Positions 39,606 through 48,633 of a stretch of DNA of 64,000 nt are shown here, piece after piece; position 1 is the stretch's first letter, and every line of letters starts with the position of its first letter. Made by a program: the position numbers and the translations under genes. The notes beneath the pieces are model-generated. The model did no database searches. It was not told the origin of the DNA and saw only the letters and a list, made by a program, of their open reading frames with translations. Source of the stretch: a virus. The stretch spans positions 1 to 64,000 of the IMG/VR virus record IMGVR_UViG_3300007511_000003; one strand, 5' to 3'.

Positions 39606-39962
39606 ATGAAAAAGCTGGTTGACATCCCGGCTCCTAGGGTTAGGGTCCCGCTCCGTCCAGACCTAAATGAAGACCCACCAACACAAGGTGCCGCCTTTAA
39701 AGTAAAGTCTCCTGTGTCCGGACACCTAAGAGTGATTGCAACGTCATCCGATGGTTGGGACCACGTTTCTATCAGTCATAAATCCAGGATTCCTCTTTGG
39801 AAGGAAATGGAGTTTATCAAACGTATGTTCTTTCACCCGGACGAGGTGGCATTTCAGTTACACGTACCTCCAGCCAAGCACATTAACTACCATGCCAATT
39901 GCCTTCACTTATGGCGACCGCATGACCAACCAATCCCACTCCCTCCTATTGAAATGGTGTGA
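39606..39962 (+). CDS. conserved phage hypothetical protein
   Basis: GWDHVS.S...R.P.W.EM..IK..FF...Q.H...CLHLWRP motif. Confidence 0.6.
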   Translation: MKKLVDIPAPRVRVPLRPDLNEDPPTQGAAFKVKSPVSGHLRVIATSSDGWDHVSISHKSRIPLWKEMEFIKRMFFHPDEVAFQLHVPPAKHINYHANCLHLWRPHDQPIPLPPIEMV

Positions 39963-40171
39963 TCATGACCATCAAGACCTTACCGCAAACGGAAGAACCA
40001 TCGGTTCCTGATTACGGGGCCTTTCGCGTAGATGGATTCTATCCAGCCGAATACCCAGGGCTACCTAAAGGTAAAACCCTTAAACAGGTGGCAGAAGACA
40101 GTGCCAAACTCAATCCGGGGACCCTAAGGGTTGAGACCGTAGACGGAACGGTTTTGTGGAGGGCAGAATGA
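39959..40171 (+). CDS. hypothetical protein
   Basis: Coupled ORF. Confidence 0.45.
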   Translation: MIMTIKTLPQTEEPSVPDYGAFRVDGFYPAEYPGLPKGKTLKQVAEDSAKLNPGTLRVETVDGTVLWRAE

Positions 40172-40671
40172 AAATCAAGATCCTGTATACAGAGCAACAA
40201 ATTGCCGAACAAGTTGACGAGCTAGCGGAAAGAGTGGTGGACCGGCTCGGGCATTCTTTCCATGTCCTGTGTGTCCTTCAGGGCGCCTACATGTTTACCG
40301 CCGACTTGATGCGGGCCCTCGATCGCCGCGTTGCGAAGCCAACCCTGGGGTTTATCCAGGTGCAGAGTTACCAAGGGACTGAAAGCCGAGAGCTCAAGCT
40401 GGTTCAAGATTGCGGAGACCTACAAGGTAAAAGTGTGGTGGTAGTCGAAGATATTCTCGATACAGGTCAGACCCTTCGGTGGTTGAACGATCATCTCCGA
40501 AAGAAGGGTGCCCGCGAGGTCCTCAACTGTGTGTTGCTGGACAAGTTCAAGGCGGAACGTTGTGATCGTCTGTATGGGTTCCAATGTCCAGATGAGTTTG
40601 TGGTTGGTTACGGCTTGGATCATAATGGCCGGTATAGAGGGCTTCCTCACATCGGAGTGTTGGAGAGTTAA
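40168..40671 (+). CDS. hpt: hypoxanthine phosphoribosyltransferase
   Basis: VL.GA..F.ADL.R, SY, VVVVEDILDTG.TL, FVVGYGLD...YR.LP. Confidence 0.9.
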   Translation: MKIKILYTEQQIAEQVDELAERVVDRLGHSFHVLCVLQGAYMFTADLMRALDRRVAKPTLGFIQVQSYQGTESRELKLVQDCGDLQGKSVVVVEDILDTGQTLRWLNDHLRKKGAREVLNCVLLDKFKAERCDRLYGFQCPDEFVVGYGLDHNGRYRGLPHIGVLES

Positions 40672-40857
40672 ATGATCACAATCTTTTATATCGTGTACCT
40701 TATGCTGGGTCTAGGTACAGCTTTTGGTACCTCCTATGTATCTGACCTACTTCTGTACGACGGGCTCAAACATAGGATTGAGAACCTAGCCATGTGCCTC
40801 CTGATAATCCTAACGTGGCCTGGCGTGTTCGCTTTCAAGGTTAGGATAAAACGGTAG
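40672..40857 (+). CDS. small membrane protein
   Basis: Two hydrophobic segments, WP motif. Confidence 0.45.
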   Translation: MITIFYIVYLMLGLGTAFGTSYVSDLLLYDGLKHRIENLAMCLLIILTWPGVFAFKVRIKR

Positions 40858-40928
40858 TAAAGGTAGTATCCGTATGGCTGAACAATGTAAGACTTTCCCA
40901 CCCACAACAACAAGAGAGGAAAGAGTAG

Positions 40929-41324
40929 ATGAGTGCGTTGAATGCAATTTATGAAACCGTTGGCGACCTTCAGGATGACCTGTTACAAGCTGCGTTGGTC
41001 CAAAACAATCTGACCTTAGTCAAGGAGATTGGTCGGAAGGCTGACCTGGACCAAGGGTTGGAGTGGAAGGATGTGGCAGGCATCTTGGGGAAGTTGGTCC
41101 CTGAATTGATGGATGTGGCCACCACTTTCAAAGAACTGGAAGGACAAGCCAAGAGAGAGTTCGTTGTGGACTGTCTGTGGGTCTTGTATAAGACCATAGA
41201 CCCTAACATCCCTTGGATTCCAGAGCCAATGGAAACTAAGCTCGAACGATTGGTAGTTACTCGCCTGGGTGAGGCAGCCGTGGAGGCCGCCTACACCCTT
41301 GGTAAGATGGTGGGACGGTTCTGA
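40929..41324 (+). CDS. hypothetical protein
   Basis: GAGGA upstream; DPNIPWIPEP.E motif. Confidence 0.5.
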   Translation: MSALNAIYETVGDLQDDLLQAALVQNNLTLVKEIGRKADLDQGLEWKDVAGILGKLVPELMDVATTFKELEGQAKREFVVDCLWVLYKTIDPNIPWIPEPMETKLERLVVTRLGEAAVEAAYTLGKMVGRF

Positions 41325-41361
41325 CTCCTTGCTTTCTACCCCCTGATGGTTCGACTATTCT

Positions 41362-41388
41362 TGGGGACCTTTGCGGTCCCCACTTTTG
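41362..41388 (+). terminator. rho-independent terminator
   Basis: tggggacc-tttgc-ggtcccca followed by ctttt. Confidence 0.7.
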
Positions 41389-41399
41389 CGTCCAGATGC

Positions 41400-41428
41400 T
41401 TGACAAATCCATTCAGATGTGGTATACT
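41400..41428 (+). promoter_or_regulatory. near-consensus sigma70 (early) promoter
   Basis: TTGACA-17 nt-TATACT with an extended TGn. Confidence 0.8.
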
Positions 41429-41480
41429 ATAAGTATAGGGTGCGTATTGGGCGCGCTCTACACAGAACTAACCAAACCCG

Positions 41481-42449
41481 ATGGAGGGTAATATGAACAA
41501 GAACAACAAAGACAAAGACCGAATCCTGCTGTTTGATCTCTTATGTAGTACACAATTAAAGTTCGGTAAGCTTTTGAAGAAACAAGAGCGTGATGTAGAC
41601 CTGGACCTAGGTAACACATTGAGACAGTGCGCCTTGTTTGACGTTGACTCCACCTTCCCTGGGAAGTTTGATGAGAACACCCAACAGATGTTAGAAGAAG
41701 TAGTACTACCCTTCCCAGTTACAGGTGTACAGTTCGATGTGGACAACAAGCCGTTGGTACTCTTACGTGATACCGAAGTAGATGCCAAAGGCTTCAACAC
41801 CACCAGGCTTCATATAGAGATAGGTCCCATGCAAGACGATGGCTTACCTTTCCGTCAACAGGGCCTCACAATCTATTATCTGGCCCTATCAAAGGTACTT
41901 ACAAGTTTGAATCTAAAAGAGGACGAAGTTAGTATAAATGTACTATACCTATCAGAGTACGTTATAGGGGCCAAGGGTACCACGGCTAAAGCTCTCGACC
42001 GCCCTACTTTTTACAACGCAGATGGAACGGTGGATCATATGGATCCTGATAGTGTGTGGTCTGTCAAAAGTTCGATAGTAAAGACAATGGGGACTATTGC
42101 TAGGATCGGAGATATGAGGCGTTTTATTGTGGAGTCAGAGGTTAGTGCTAAGCCGTTGTCCTATCGACGTAGACCCGCTGCGAAATTCGGGCAAAAGAAG
42201 GTCTTCCGCAGCCTTACCCTACCAGAAGTACACACGTTAGGTTTGGGTCAACAGAAAGATCAGAACCCTGACACCCCGTCAAAACAACGGACAATTGCCC
42301 CTCACCCAAGGCGTCGTCATAAACGTGTACTTCGTAGTCCTAGGTGGGGTAAACGACAAGGTGAGGTGATTGATGTAAAGGCTTGCTGGGTGGGACCTAC
42401 TGAAATCAAGGACCGTCATGTCATCCACAAGGTAAGGATTGACTTGTAA
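41481..42449 (+). CDS. putative early protein
   Basis: Follows the strong sigma70 promoter; C-terminal PH.RR.H.R...WVG motif; the start may be ATG 41493. Confidence 0.55.
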   Translation: MEGNMNKNNKDKDRILLFDLLCSTQLKFGKLLKKQERDVDLDLGNTLRQCALFDVDSTFPGKFDENTQQMLEEVVLPFPVTGVQFDVDNKPLVLLRDTEVDAKGFNTTRLHIEIGPMQDDGLPFRQQGLTIYYLALSKVLTSLNLKEDEVSINVLYLSEYVIGAKGTTAKALDRPTFYNADGTVDHMDPDSVWSVKSSIVKTMGTIARIGDMRRFIVESEVSAKPLSYRRRPAAKFGQKKVFRSLTLPEVHTLGLGQQKDQNPDTPSKQRTIAPHPRRRHKRVLRSPRWGKRQGEVIDVKACWVGPTEIKDRHVIHKVRIDL

Positions 42450-42557
42450 ATAGGTATAAAGCCATCAGACCTATTTGTGTGCTCGGACTTAGCCTGCCTC
42501 CTACTGGCTAAGAGGCTAATTTTGGTCAATGACCACCAACACTAAAGGGAAGAGGGG

Positions 42558-43184
42558 ATGAGCAGAAGCGGCAAATTTGATAAGATCAAGATTAGTCTTC
42601 AGGAATGGCTTCGCGGCCAAACATTCACCCGTGCCCTTGAGGCTCTGGAGTGTGGGCTATCCTTCCACACAGGTACACGCAAGGACGGCCACACTCCAGA
42701 GTTCAGCCATCAGCTAGAGATTGCTCACTATATAAGAACCTTACCTCTTGGGGAGAACCTGGAAAACTGCTTGATTGTGGCGTTCCTACATGATGTTGTT
42801 GAAGACCACTACACAACCTTGGATGCGCTGGAAGCCAGGTTCGGACCCTTCATTCGAGAATGTGTGGATGTCCTTACCAAACAGGGTCGATGGACGGACA
42901 AAGCTAGGCGAGAGTATTACAGGAGGCTAGGCACCAATTGTGTGTCCTCTGTGGTTAAAGGCGTGGATCGTATGCACAACGTCCAGTCTATGCAACATGT
43001 GTTTACCGTCAATAAGCAACAGAGGTACCTCCGGGAAGTGGAGAGGTGGGTGCTTCCAATGCTAAGACAAGCACACAAAGCCTACCCTTCTCAAGAAGCA
43101 GCCTACGAGAACATCATGTTTGTTCTGCAAGGTCAAATTGATCTCATCCGTCACATACATGTAGCCCAAGCCAAAGCTCGCTAG
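42558..43184 (+). CDS. HD-domain (p)ppGpp-hydrolase-like protein (Mesh1/SpoT type)
   Basis: H.G.RK.G..P...H, FLHDVVED, LTK, VK..DR.HN. Confidence 0.75.
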   Translation: MSRSGKFDKIKISLQEWLRGQTFTRALEALECGLSFHTGTRKDGHTPEFSHQLEIAHYIRTLPLGENLENCLIVAFLHDVVEDHYTTLDALEARFGPFIRECVDVLTKQGRWTDKARREYYRRLGTNCVSSVVKGVDRMHNVQSMQHVFTVNKQQRYLREVERWVLPMLRQAHKAYPSQEAAYENIMFVLQGQIDLIRHIHVAQAKAR

Positions 43185-43229
43185 GCACCATACTCCTGGC
43201 TCTTGTAAATATAGCTGAAGGAGGACCAA

Positions 43230-43385
43230 ATGAATATAAACCGATTTTTCTGTTGGATTGGGTGGCACGAATGGAAGTACCAGTATCAAGTAGGCCCAGA
43301 ACCAGCCGACCGTCAATGTTTGCGGTGTGGGCGGTTCCAATACTTTGACGACTTTGACGACACTTACAAGGACTACACGACATGA
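43230..43385 (+). CDS. small DUF1660-like Cys protein
   Basis: GGAGG RBS; FC.IG.H.W...C.RCG. Confidence 0.5.
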   Translation: MNINRFFCWIGWHEWKYQYQVGPEPADRQCLRCGRFQYFDDFDDTYKDYTT

Positions 43386-43496
43386 CCATTACTGAATTTA
43401 TCCAGTACCTGAACCGTGAATTCCGTGAAGGCGCGGGCAAGACCCTGATAAACAGGTAGGACATGCCCCGGAACCAGATTCCACGGGCTTTGTTTG

Positions 43497-43505
43497 TGAT
43501 ATAAT
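43497..43505 (+). promoter_or_regulatory. extended -10 promoter
   Basis: TG-A-TATAAT directly after a hairpin and T-rich tract (43465-43495). Confidence 0.6.
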
Positions 43506-43512
43506 GCTTTAC

Positions 43513-43593
43513 AGCCCTTTGTGGGTGTTGGTGGCCAAAGACCTAAGGGGTGCCCATCTTAGGAACCTGGCTCTTGAACAGTGTCCACCCAAA
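43513..43593 (+). ncRNA. candidate structured ncRNA resembling the apical arm of 6S RNA
   Basis: Irregular long hairpin gtgggtgtt/aaca-tccac, ggcca/tggct, cctaag/cttagg with a GGTGCCCA loop, in an intergenic gap behind a promoter. Confidence 0.4.
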
Positions 43594-43598
43594 CTACC

Positions 43599-43775
43599 AT
43601 GAGGACCACTGTCCTGACCCTGGTGATAGGGTCAATCTTACTCAGCGCCTTCCATTGGTTAGTGCCTGAAACACCTATTACAGAGGTGGGGGTTGTTGTA
43701 ACCCCGATTGCCGTAGCCCTGGCTTGGGCCATAAACCATTACTGGAACCAATATGACAAAGATAACCCACATTAA
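43599..43775 (+). CDS. small membrane protein
   Basis: Two TM segments. Confidence 0.45.
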   Translation: MRTTVLTLVIGSILLSAFHWLVPETPITEVGVVVTPIAVALAWAINHYWNQYDKDNPH

Positions 43776-43800
43776 CATAACTGTTCATTGAGAGGTTGCC

Positions 43801-44646
43801 ATGACTACCTGGTGGAAAGTTGGTGTAATTTTGATGGTAATGATGTTCGTGGTGGTGGCCTGTATGTCTGCTGTGGACATGAGACGGACAGTTCCCGTGA
43901 TGGCCCCTCCCGACCATCCTCCCCAAACGGCTCCTATTGGAGGTGGCCAAGGTGGAGCCGGGACTCCTGGGGCTTGGCCAGAAGAAGCCATGGAAGGAGA
44001 GGCAAGCCCTGAGTACGAACCACCGCCCAGCATGGAAGACCAAGGTTACTCGCCGCCAAATCATCACGTATGGAGTTACTTAAAGGCTTATGATTCCGAG
44101 CCTGCAGGGTACGCCATGTACACTTATGTCCTGGCCGCCCGTAAAGTAATAGAGGGCCAGCCTGCCCAGGTGCGGTTACAGGCTCTTGTCGAAGCAGTAC
44201 AGGCATCCACTACTAGCGACGAAATGTCCCGAATAGCTTTGGACCATGCAAATCTTTTTCTAATACCAGGAGGCGATTACTACCACTATGATCTTTCTTT
44301 GTTAGTGTTACAACAATTCCGCATTACGATGAGTTCCCTTGGTAAAAAGCTGGATCGAGCCGGTCCTTACTTGGTGTCGGTCATCTACCCAGCATCCCAT
44401 GTAGTTGAGCAGACCCTCATGCGGAGACCTGTGGAGACGCCCATCCTGATTGCGGACCTGTCCAACACTAGTCCCGCTGTTATGCGAGACCTTGTAAGGA
44501 TGTATAAGTCTCGACTCAGCGGACCAATGTTAACCCAACCTGTAAATGAATTTAAGAGTTTGAGGCTTCAACTAGCCTCTATACTGACCACCGCCGATGA
44601 CTACCTGTTATTGATCGGCAAGCACCTGAAGGAGATAAAGGGATGA
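43801..44646 (+). CDS. secreted or membrane-anchored hypothetical protein
   Basis: N-terminal hydrophobic segment with VAC (possible lipobox), Pro/Gly linker, GY.MYTYVL domain. Confidence 0.55.
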   Translation: MTTWWKVGVILMVMMFVVVACMSAVDMRRTVPVMAPPDHPPQTAPIGGGQGGAGTPGAWPEEAMEGEASPEYEPPPSMEDQGYSPPNHHVWSYLKAYDSEPAGYAMYTYVLAARKVIEGQPAQVRLQALVEAVQASTTSDEMSRIALDHANLFLIPGGDYYHYDLSLLVLQQFRITMSSLGKKLDRAGPYLVSVIYPASHVVEQTLMRRPVETPILIADLSNTSPAVMRDLVRMYKSRLSGPMLTQPVNEFKSLRLQLASILTTADDYLLLIGKHLKEIKG

Positions 44647-45065
44647 AGATCCTGAAGTTTGAAGAGGTAACGGACGAAATGATGCCTGACCTGGACCACC
44701 TGGAAGCCATCCATTTGGTGGCTTTTGACATGGGGTACCTAATGGGTAACATGTTGGAAGACCAAGGGTTGTTGTTGCAGGCCGAAGGAACCTACGACAA
44801 GGAACAGGGTATCTTTTCTATCAAGGAACCCTTTGTCTTCTGCCACTCCATGTTCCAACCACTTGATGGGGCCAAGGTTCACGATGGTGTGATACGACTG
44901 GCTTTCCAAGGGACCTATGCTTGGGGTTGGAAACTTACCTTCGAAGATAACGCCGAGGCGATCCTGGTTCACAACGATGGACCACGAAAGCAGGCGTTCA
45001 ACCATAAAACCGGATACGTTACGGTAGCTCCTGATGATACCAACTTTCGATCAACCGTTCATTGA
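44643..45065 (+). CDS. hypothetical protein
   Basis: ATGA-coupled ORF. Confidence 0.5.
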   Translation: MKILKFEEVTDEMMPDLDHLEAIHLVAFDMGYLMGNMLEDQGLLLQAEGTYDKEQGIFSIKEPFVFCHSMFQPLDGAKVHDGVIRLAFQGTYAWGWKLTFEDNAEAILVHNDGPRKQAFNHKTGYVTVAPDDTNFRSTVH

Positions 45066-45636
45066 TCAACACGGGTGGGTGGCAGGTGTTGATGAAGCCG
45101 GTCGTGGTCCATGGGCTGGTCCTATCGTGGTAGCGGTAGCCGATATAGGAGGTCAACAGTTTACGGGCCTGGACGATTCCAAAAAACTTAAAGAACACCA
45201 ACGCGAGCGCCTATATGAGGAGCTAGGTCGCAAGAAGGATGTTCGGTGGGCTTGGGCTCAGGTATCAGCCCGACGTATTGACAAGATAGGCATCGACCCT
45301 GCCACCCGTAGGGCCTTAAAAGAGGCTTACCAAGATTTCCGGCCACCTTTCCTTATGATTGATGAGATGTCTATCGACGTGCCAGCACCTCATCAATTCT
45401 TCATTAAAGGGGATACTCAAAGCCCATCCATTGCAGCCGCTTCTATTGTAGCCAAAGTGGTGCGTGACAGGATGATGCTGGAACTGCACAAAGAATTCCC
45501 ACAATATGGGTTTGACCGACACAAAGGGTACGGGACCGAACTCCATCGGAAAATGATTGTGAAGCATGGACTCTGTAGAGCCCACCGGAGGTCCTACAAA
45601 CCCATTAAACGGTATCTGGGTGGGTTTACACCCTGA
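45034..45636 (+). CDS. rnhB: ribonuclease HII
   Basis: GVDEAGRGPWAGP, DDSKKL, KGD, IAAASIVAKV.RD, HKGYGT, HRRSY. Confidence 0.92.
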   Translation: MIPTFDQPFIDQHGWVAGVDEAGRGPWAGPIVVAVADIGGQQFTGLDDSKKLKEHQRERLYEELGRKKDVRWAWAQVSARRIDKIGIDPATRRALKEAYQDFRPPFLMIDEMSIDVPAPHQFFIKGDTQSPSIAAASIVAKVVRDRMMLELHKEFPQYGFDRHKGYGTELHRKMIVKHGLCRAHRRSYKPIKRYLGGFTP

Positions 45637-45684
45637 CCAACTAGGACCTCCCGTAGGTCCTTACACAGCAAGGAGCCGAATAAA

Positions 45685-46656
45685 ATGTTACGAGAAGCCA
45701 TTGACCGCCTCGACGATCAGATTTCATCCATTGGGTTTGGTGGAGATTTCTCTCCCGTCTGCCACCAACTCGCCCAGTTGGTTACACAGGTGTGGCCTGA
45801 ACGAGATAACGTTCCTCGGGACCAACTCCAAGACCTTTCTGGCCTTTGCCTGGAAATGTTGGATCGAGGTGCCGTCAAGATCTCGGAACCAGACCCCAGC
45901 GGGCACAAACATGACAACGGGATACCATCCTACGTCATCAATGATTGGCCCAAGCTTGGTATCTTGATGTGGTTCAAGAGCCATGACATGGAGGTGATGC
46001 GCACCAAGTCTACTTCGGGACCCGGTATGCAGGCGATCGACCAGATTGCCTACGACAAAGTACCACTCAAAACCAGTCGGTGGGGTAAACAGGATTTTGA
46101 AGCCCATGGCTTCCGCGTGGTTCCCGGAGGTGTTATCCGTTACGGAGCCTATATAGCACCCAACGTTATCCTGATGCCGTCTTTTATTAACCTGGGGGCC
46201 TACGTTGACAGCGGTACCATGATTGATACCTGGGCCACTGTCGGGTCCTGCGCTCAGGTCGGGAAGAACTGCCACATTAGTGGTGGTGCCGGTCTTGGAG
46301 GGGTACTGGAGCCCATTAACGCACGTCCTGTTATTGTTGAGGACGATTGCTTTATCGGTGCCCGGTCAGAGGTTGCGGAAGGGGTGGTGGTCGGCCGTGG
46401 ATCGGTGTTGAGTATGGGTGTCTATATTGGCGCCTCCACGCCGATCCTGAACCGTAAGACGGGCGAGATCACTACTGGTTATGTGCCACCCTACTCGGTG
46501 GTGATTCCAGGGGCTCTACACAAAGGCCAATGTGGGCCCTCCGAAACGATGCGTGGCCTTTATATTGATTACTCTACCTATGCCGCAGTTATCGTCAAGA
46601 CCGTAGACGAAAAGACACGGGCATGTACTAGTATCAACGACCTACTGAGGGACTAA
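45685..46656 (+). CDS. dapD: tetrahydrodipicolinate N-succinyltransferase
   Basis: YDKVPLK, FRVVP, MPSF.N.GAYVD.GTM.DTWATVGSCAQ, GGVLEP, TSINDLLR. Confidence 0.93.
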   Translation: MLREAIDRLDDQISSIGFGGDFSPVCHQLAQLVTQVWPERDNVPRDQLQDLSGLCLEMLDRGAVKISEPDPSGHKHDNGIPSYVINDWPKLGILMWFKSHDMEVMRTKSTSGPGMQAIDQIAYDKVPLKTSRWGKQDFEAHGFRVVPGGVIRYGAYIAPNVILMPSFINLGAYVDSGTMIDTWATVGSCAQVGKNCHISGGAGLGGVLEPINARPVIVEDDCFIGARSEVAEGVVVGRGSVLSMGVYIGASTPILNRKTGEITTGYVPPYSVVIPGALHKGQCGPSETMRGLYIDYSTYAAVIVKTVDEKTRACTSINDLLRD

Positions 46657-46658
46657 TC

Positions 46659-46871
46659 ATGACCACACAAGAAGACCTGAACAACCGATTTACCTACCAT
46701 CCACCCAAGCCAGGGCAGGCGGATCGTTATGTCAAGATTCGAGACACTGCCCACGAATTTGCCTCCTTGCTCAACGACGAATGCCCAGATAGCCGGGAGA
46801 AGTCGGTGGCTTTCACCAAGTTGGAGGAGGCCGTTATGTGGGCTAACGCCTCGATCGCGAGGAACGAGTAA
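46659..46871 (+). CDS. Acb2/Tad1-hairpin-like small protein
   Basis: FTYHPP...CP.SREKS.A.TKLEEAVMWANASIAR. Confidence 0.55.
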   Translation: MTTQEDLNNRFTYHPPKPGQADRYVKIRDTAHEFASLLNDECPDSREKSVAFTKLEEAVMWANASIARNE

Positions 46872-47227
46872 TGTCCAAGACCTTGACCAAAGCCGCCTTG
46901 ACCTACATCGGGGAAGCCATTCGAGCCACCATGCAGAGCATGGGTGCCTTCATTGGTGACGACGTAGGCTACCAGCGGTTCAAACAAACAGCCGTCCAGC
47001 ACTTGGGGACCACTGCCCGCTTACCTCAGAATTGGGGCTGGCGTGTATCTATCCCTGAGGACCTTAATACGCCAGAGGTCAAGGACAAACATGAAATGTG
47101 GGTCCTTGTCCGCATCACCACCGACGATGGAGTAGTTCATCCTGTCCGAGTACATGTGGCACCTCGCTATGGGGACGTACTCGGAATCAACCCTGTTATT
47201 CAAGTCAAGTACACACCAAAGGAGTAA
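46871..47227 (+). CDS. hypothetical protein
   Basis: TAATG-coupled ORF. Confidence 0.5.
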   Translation: MSKTLTKAALTYIGEAIRATMQSMGAFIGDDVGYQRFKQTAVQHLGTTARLPQNWGWRVSIPEDLNTPEVKDKHEMWVLVRITTDDGVVHPVRVHVAPRYGDVLGINPVIQVKYTPKE

Positions 47228-47230
47228 ACA

Positions 47231-47432
47231 CATGGCCCTCGTAGCAGTCGTAGTAAAATACAACAAAGAAGGCGCTCTCAGCGGTCCGCATAAGGAACGC
47301 CTGGCCTACCTACAAGGTCAGGTTTTGCCGGGCCCGAATGGCGAACCCCCGACAAGCCAGGACCTACATGTACATGTCCACAACCACCGAACCGACACTC
47401 TGGATTCTGAACTCAAGGAGGCCTCCCTATGA
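47231..47432 (+). CDS. hypothetical protein
   Basis: GGAG upstream of MALVAVVVK. Confidence 0.4.
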
Positions 47433-47932
47433 CCATCAAACGTGTACCGCTTTTAACCCGCTCCGGTTACGGTTTGTGGAGTGCTTTCGTTAACCTGTTA
47501 TACTGGGGGTTCAACTTCTACCGGTTACCAGGAGCCCTCAAGGAGCTCAAGCACATCGATTCACGTGTGACCGGTCCGCGGGCTACCACAAACATTGAAG
47601 CCTATATGCGGGGCTTCCAGTGGACGGAAGACAAACCCACCGATTGGAAGCCCTGGGTTATCACGATCTTGGCCCGCAAGTTGAAGGATGACTGTGATGG
47701 CGCCGCCACTTTGGGTAAATACCTGTTCGACCAAGGTGGGCGTCCTGCGAGCCTGTTTTTGTTGAAAGGGCCTGACGGCAACCACATGGTGGCGGTCACA
47801 GATGACAGTAACTTTATGGTGTCGAACGCCAATGTGGTAAAGTTACACGACGTAATTGGTCCATACCAAGAGCCCTATCAGAAGGTCCTTGGCTACCACA
47901 ATGGCCAATACACTTCCATCCAAAAGTGGTAA
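47429..47932 (+). CDS. transglutaminase-like cysteine protease fold protein
   Basis: DDCDGAA...HMVAV resembles the GDCED...H.V motif. Confidence 0.4.
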   Translation: MTIKRVPLLTRSGYGLWSAFVNLLYWGFNFYRLPGALKELKHIDSRVTGPRATTNIEAYMRGFQWTEDKPTDWKPWVITILARKLKDDCDGAATLGKYLFDQGGRPASLFLLKGPDGNHMVAVTDDSNFMVSNANVVKLHDVIGPYQEPYQKVLGYHNGQYTSIQKW

Positions 47933-47945
47933 GAGGGAGGCAGTG

Positions 47946-48467
47946 ATGACCCTTGGTCACCCGAGAATCATGGTTTTTATTGACGGGTCCAATTTCCATT
48001 CTACTTTAAAGGCTCTTAACCTAGACATCTGTTACAAACGTTTACATGCGTACTTGAGTGACCAAGGGGTCGTTCAACGCATCTACTATTATACCGCGTT
48101 GGATGAGGGTGATTACAATCCCCTTAAACCCTTGGTAGACTGGATGCACTACAACGGTTATCACATTGTGTCCAAACCAGTAAAAACCTGGAAAGCCCCT
48201 AATGGTGACGTCCGCCGTAAGGGTAACATGGATGTGGAGATGGCTGTAGACATGCAATCTTTCGCTGATAATTATGACACGGCTTTCCTGTTTACCGGGG
48301 ATGGGGACTTTCGGTACCTGGTTGACAAACTACAACAACTAGGTAAGAAGGTAGTTGTTGTGTCTACCAAGAAAACGGACCCTCCAATAGCGGCGGACGA
48401 ACTACGTCGCCAAGCCGATGAGTTCCGCGACCTGGTGGAAATTAAAGATAACCTTGTCAAGAAATGA
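47946..48467 (+). CDS. NYN/LabA-domain protein
   Basis: FIDGSN, KGNMDVE.AVD, GDGDF, DELRRQAD.F; GGAGG RBS. Confidence 0.88.
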   Translation: MTLGHPRIMVFIDGSNFHSTLKALNLDICYKRLHAYLSDQGVVQRIYYYTALDEGDYNPLKPLVDWMHYNGYHIVSKPVKTWKAPNGDVRRKGNMDVEMAVDMQSFADNYDTAFLFTGDGDFRYLVDKLQQLGKKVVVVSTKKTDPPIAADELRRQADEFRDLVEIKDNLVKK

Positions 48468-48633
48468 GGGCCCGAGATATAAGTGCCTTCATTGGTATAC
48501 TGAGGGACCACTGGGACCTCTTTTGCCAGGACTGTAAATGGTTTAAGAGAGACGCACAACATTCCTGCACTGGTTGGTGCACCAAATTTGACAAATTCGT
48601 AACCCTACACTGGGGTTGCCGAGGAGACTATAA

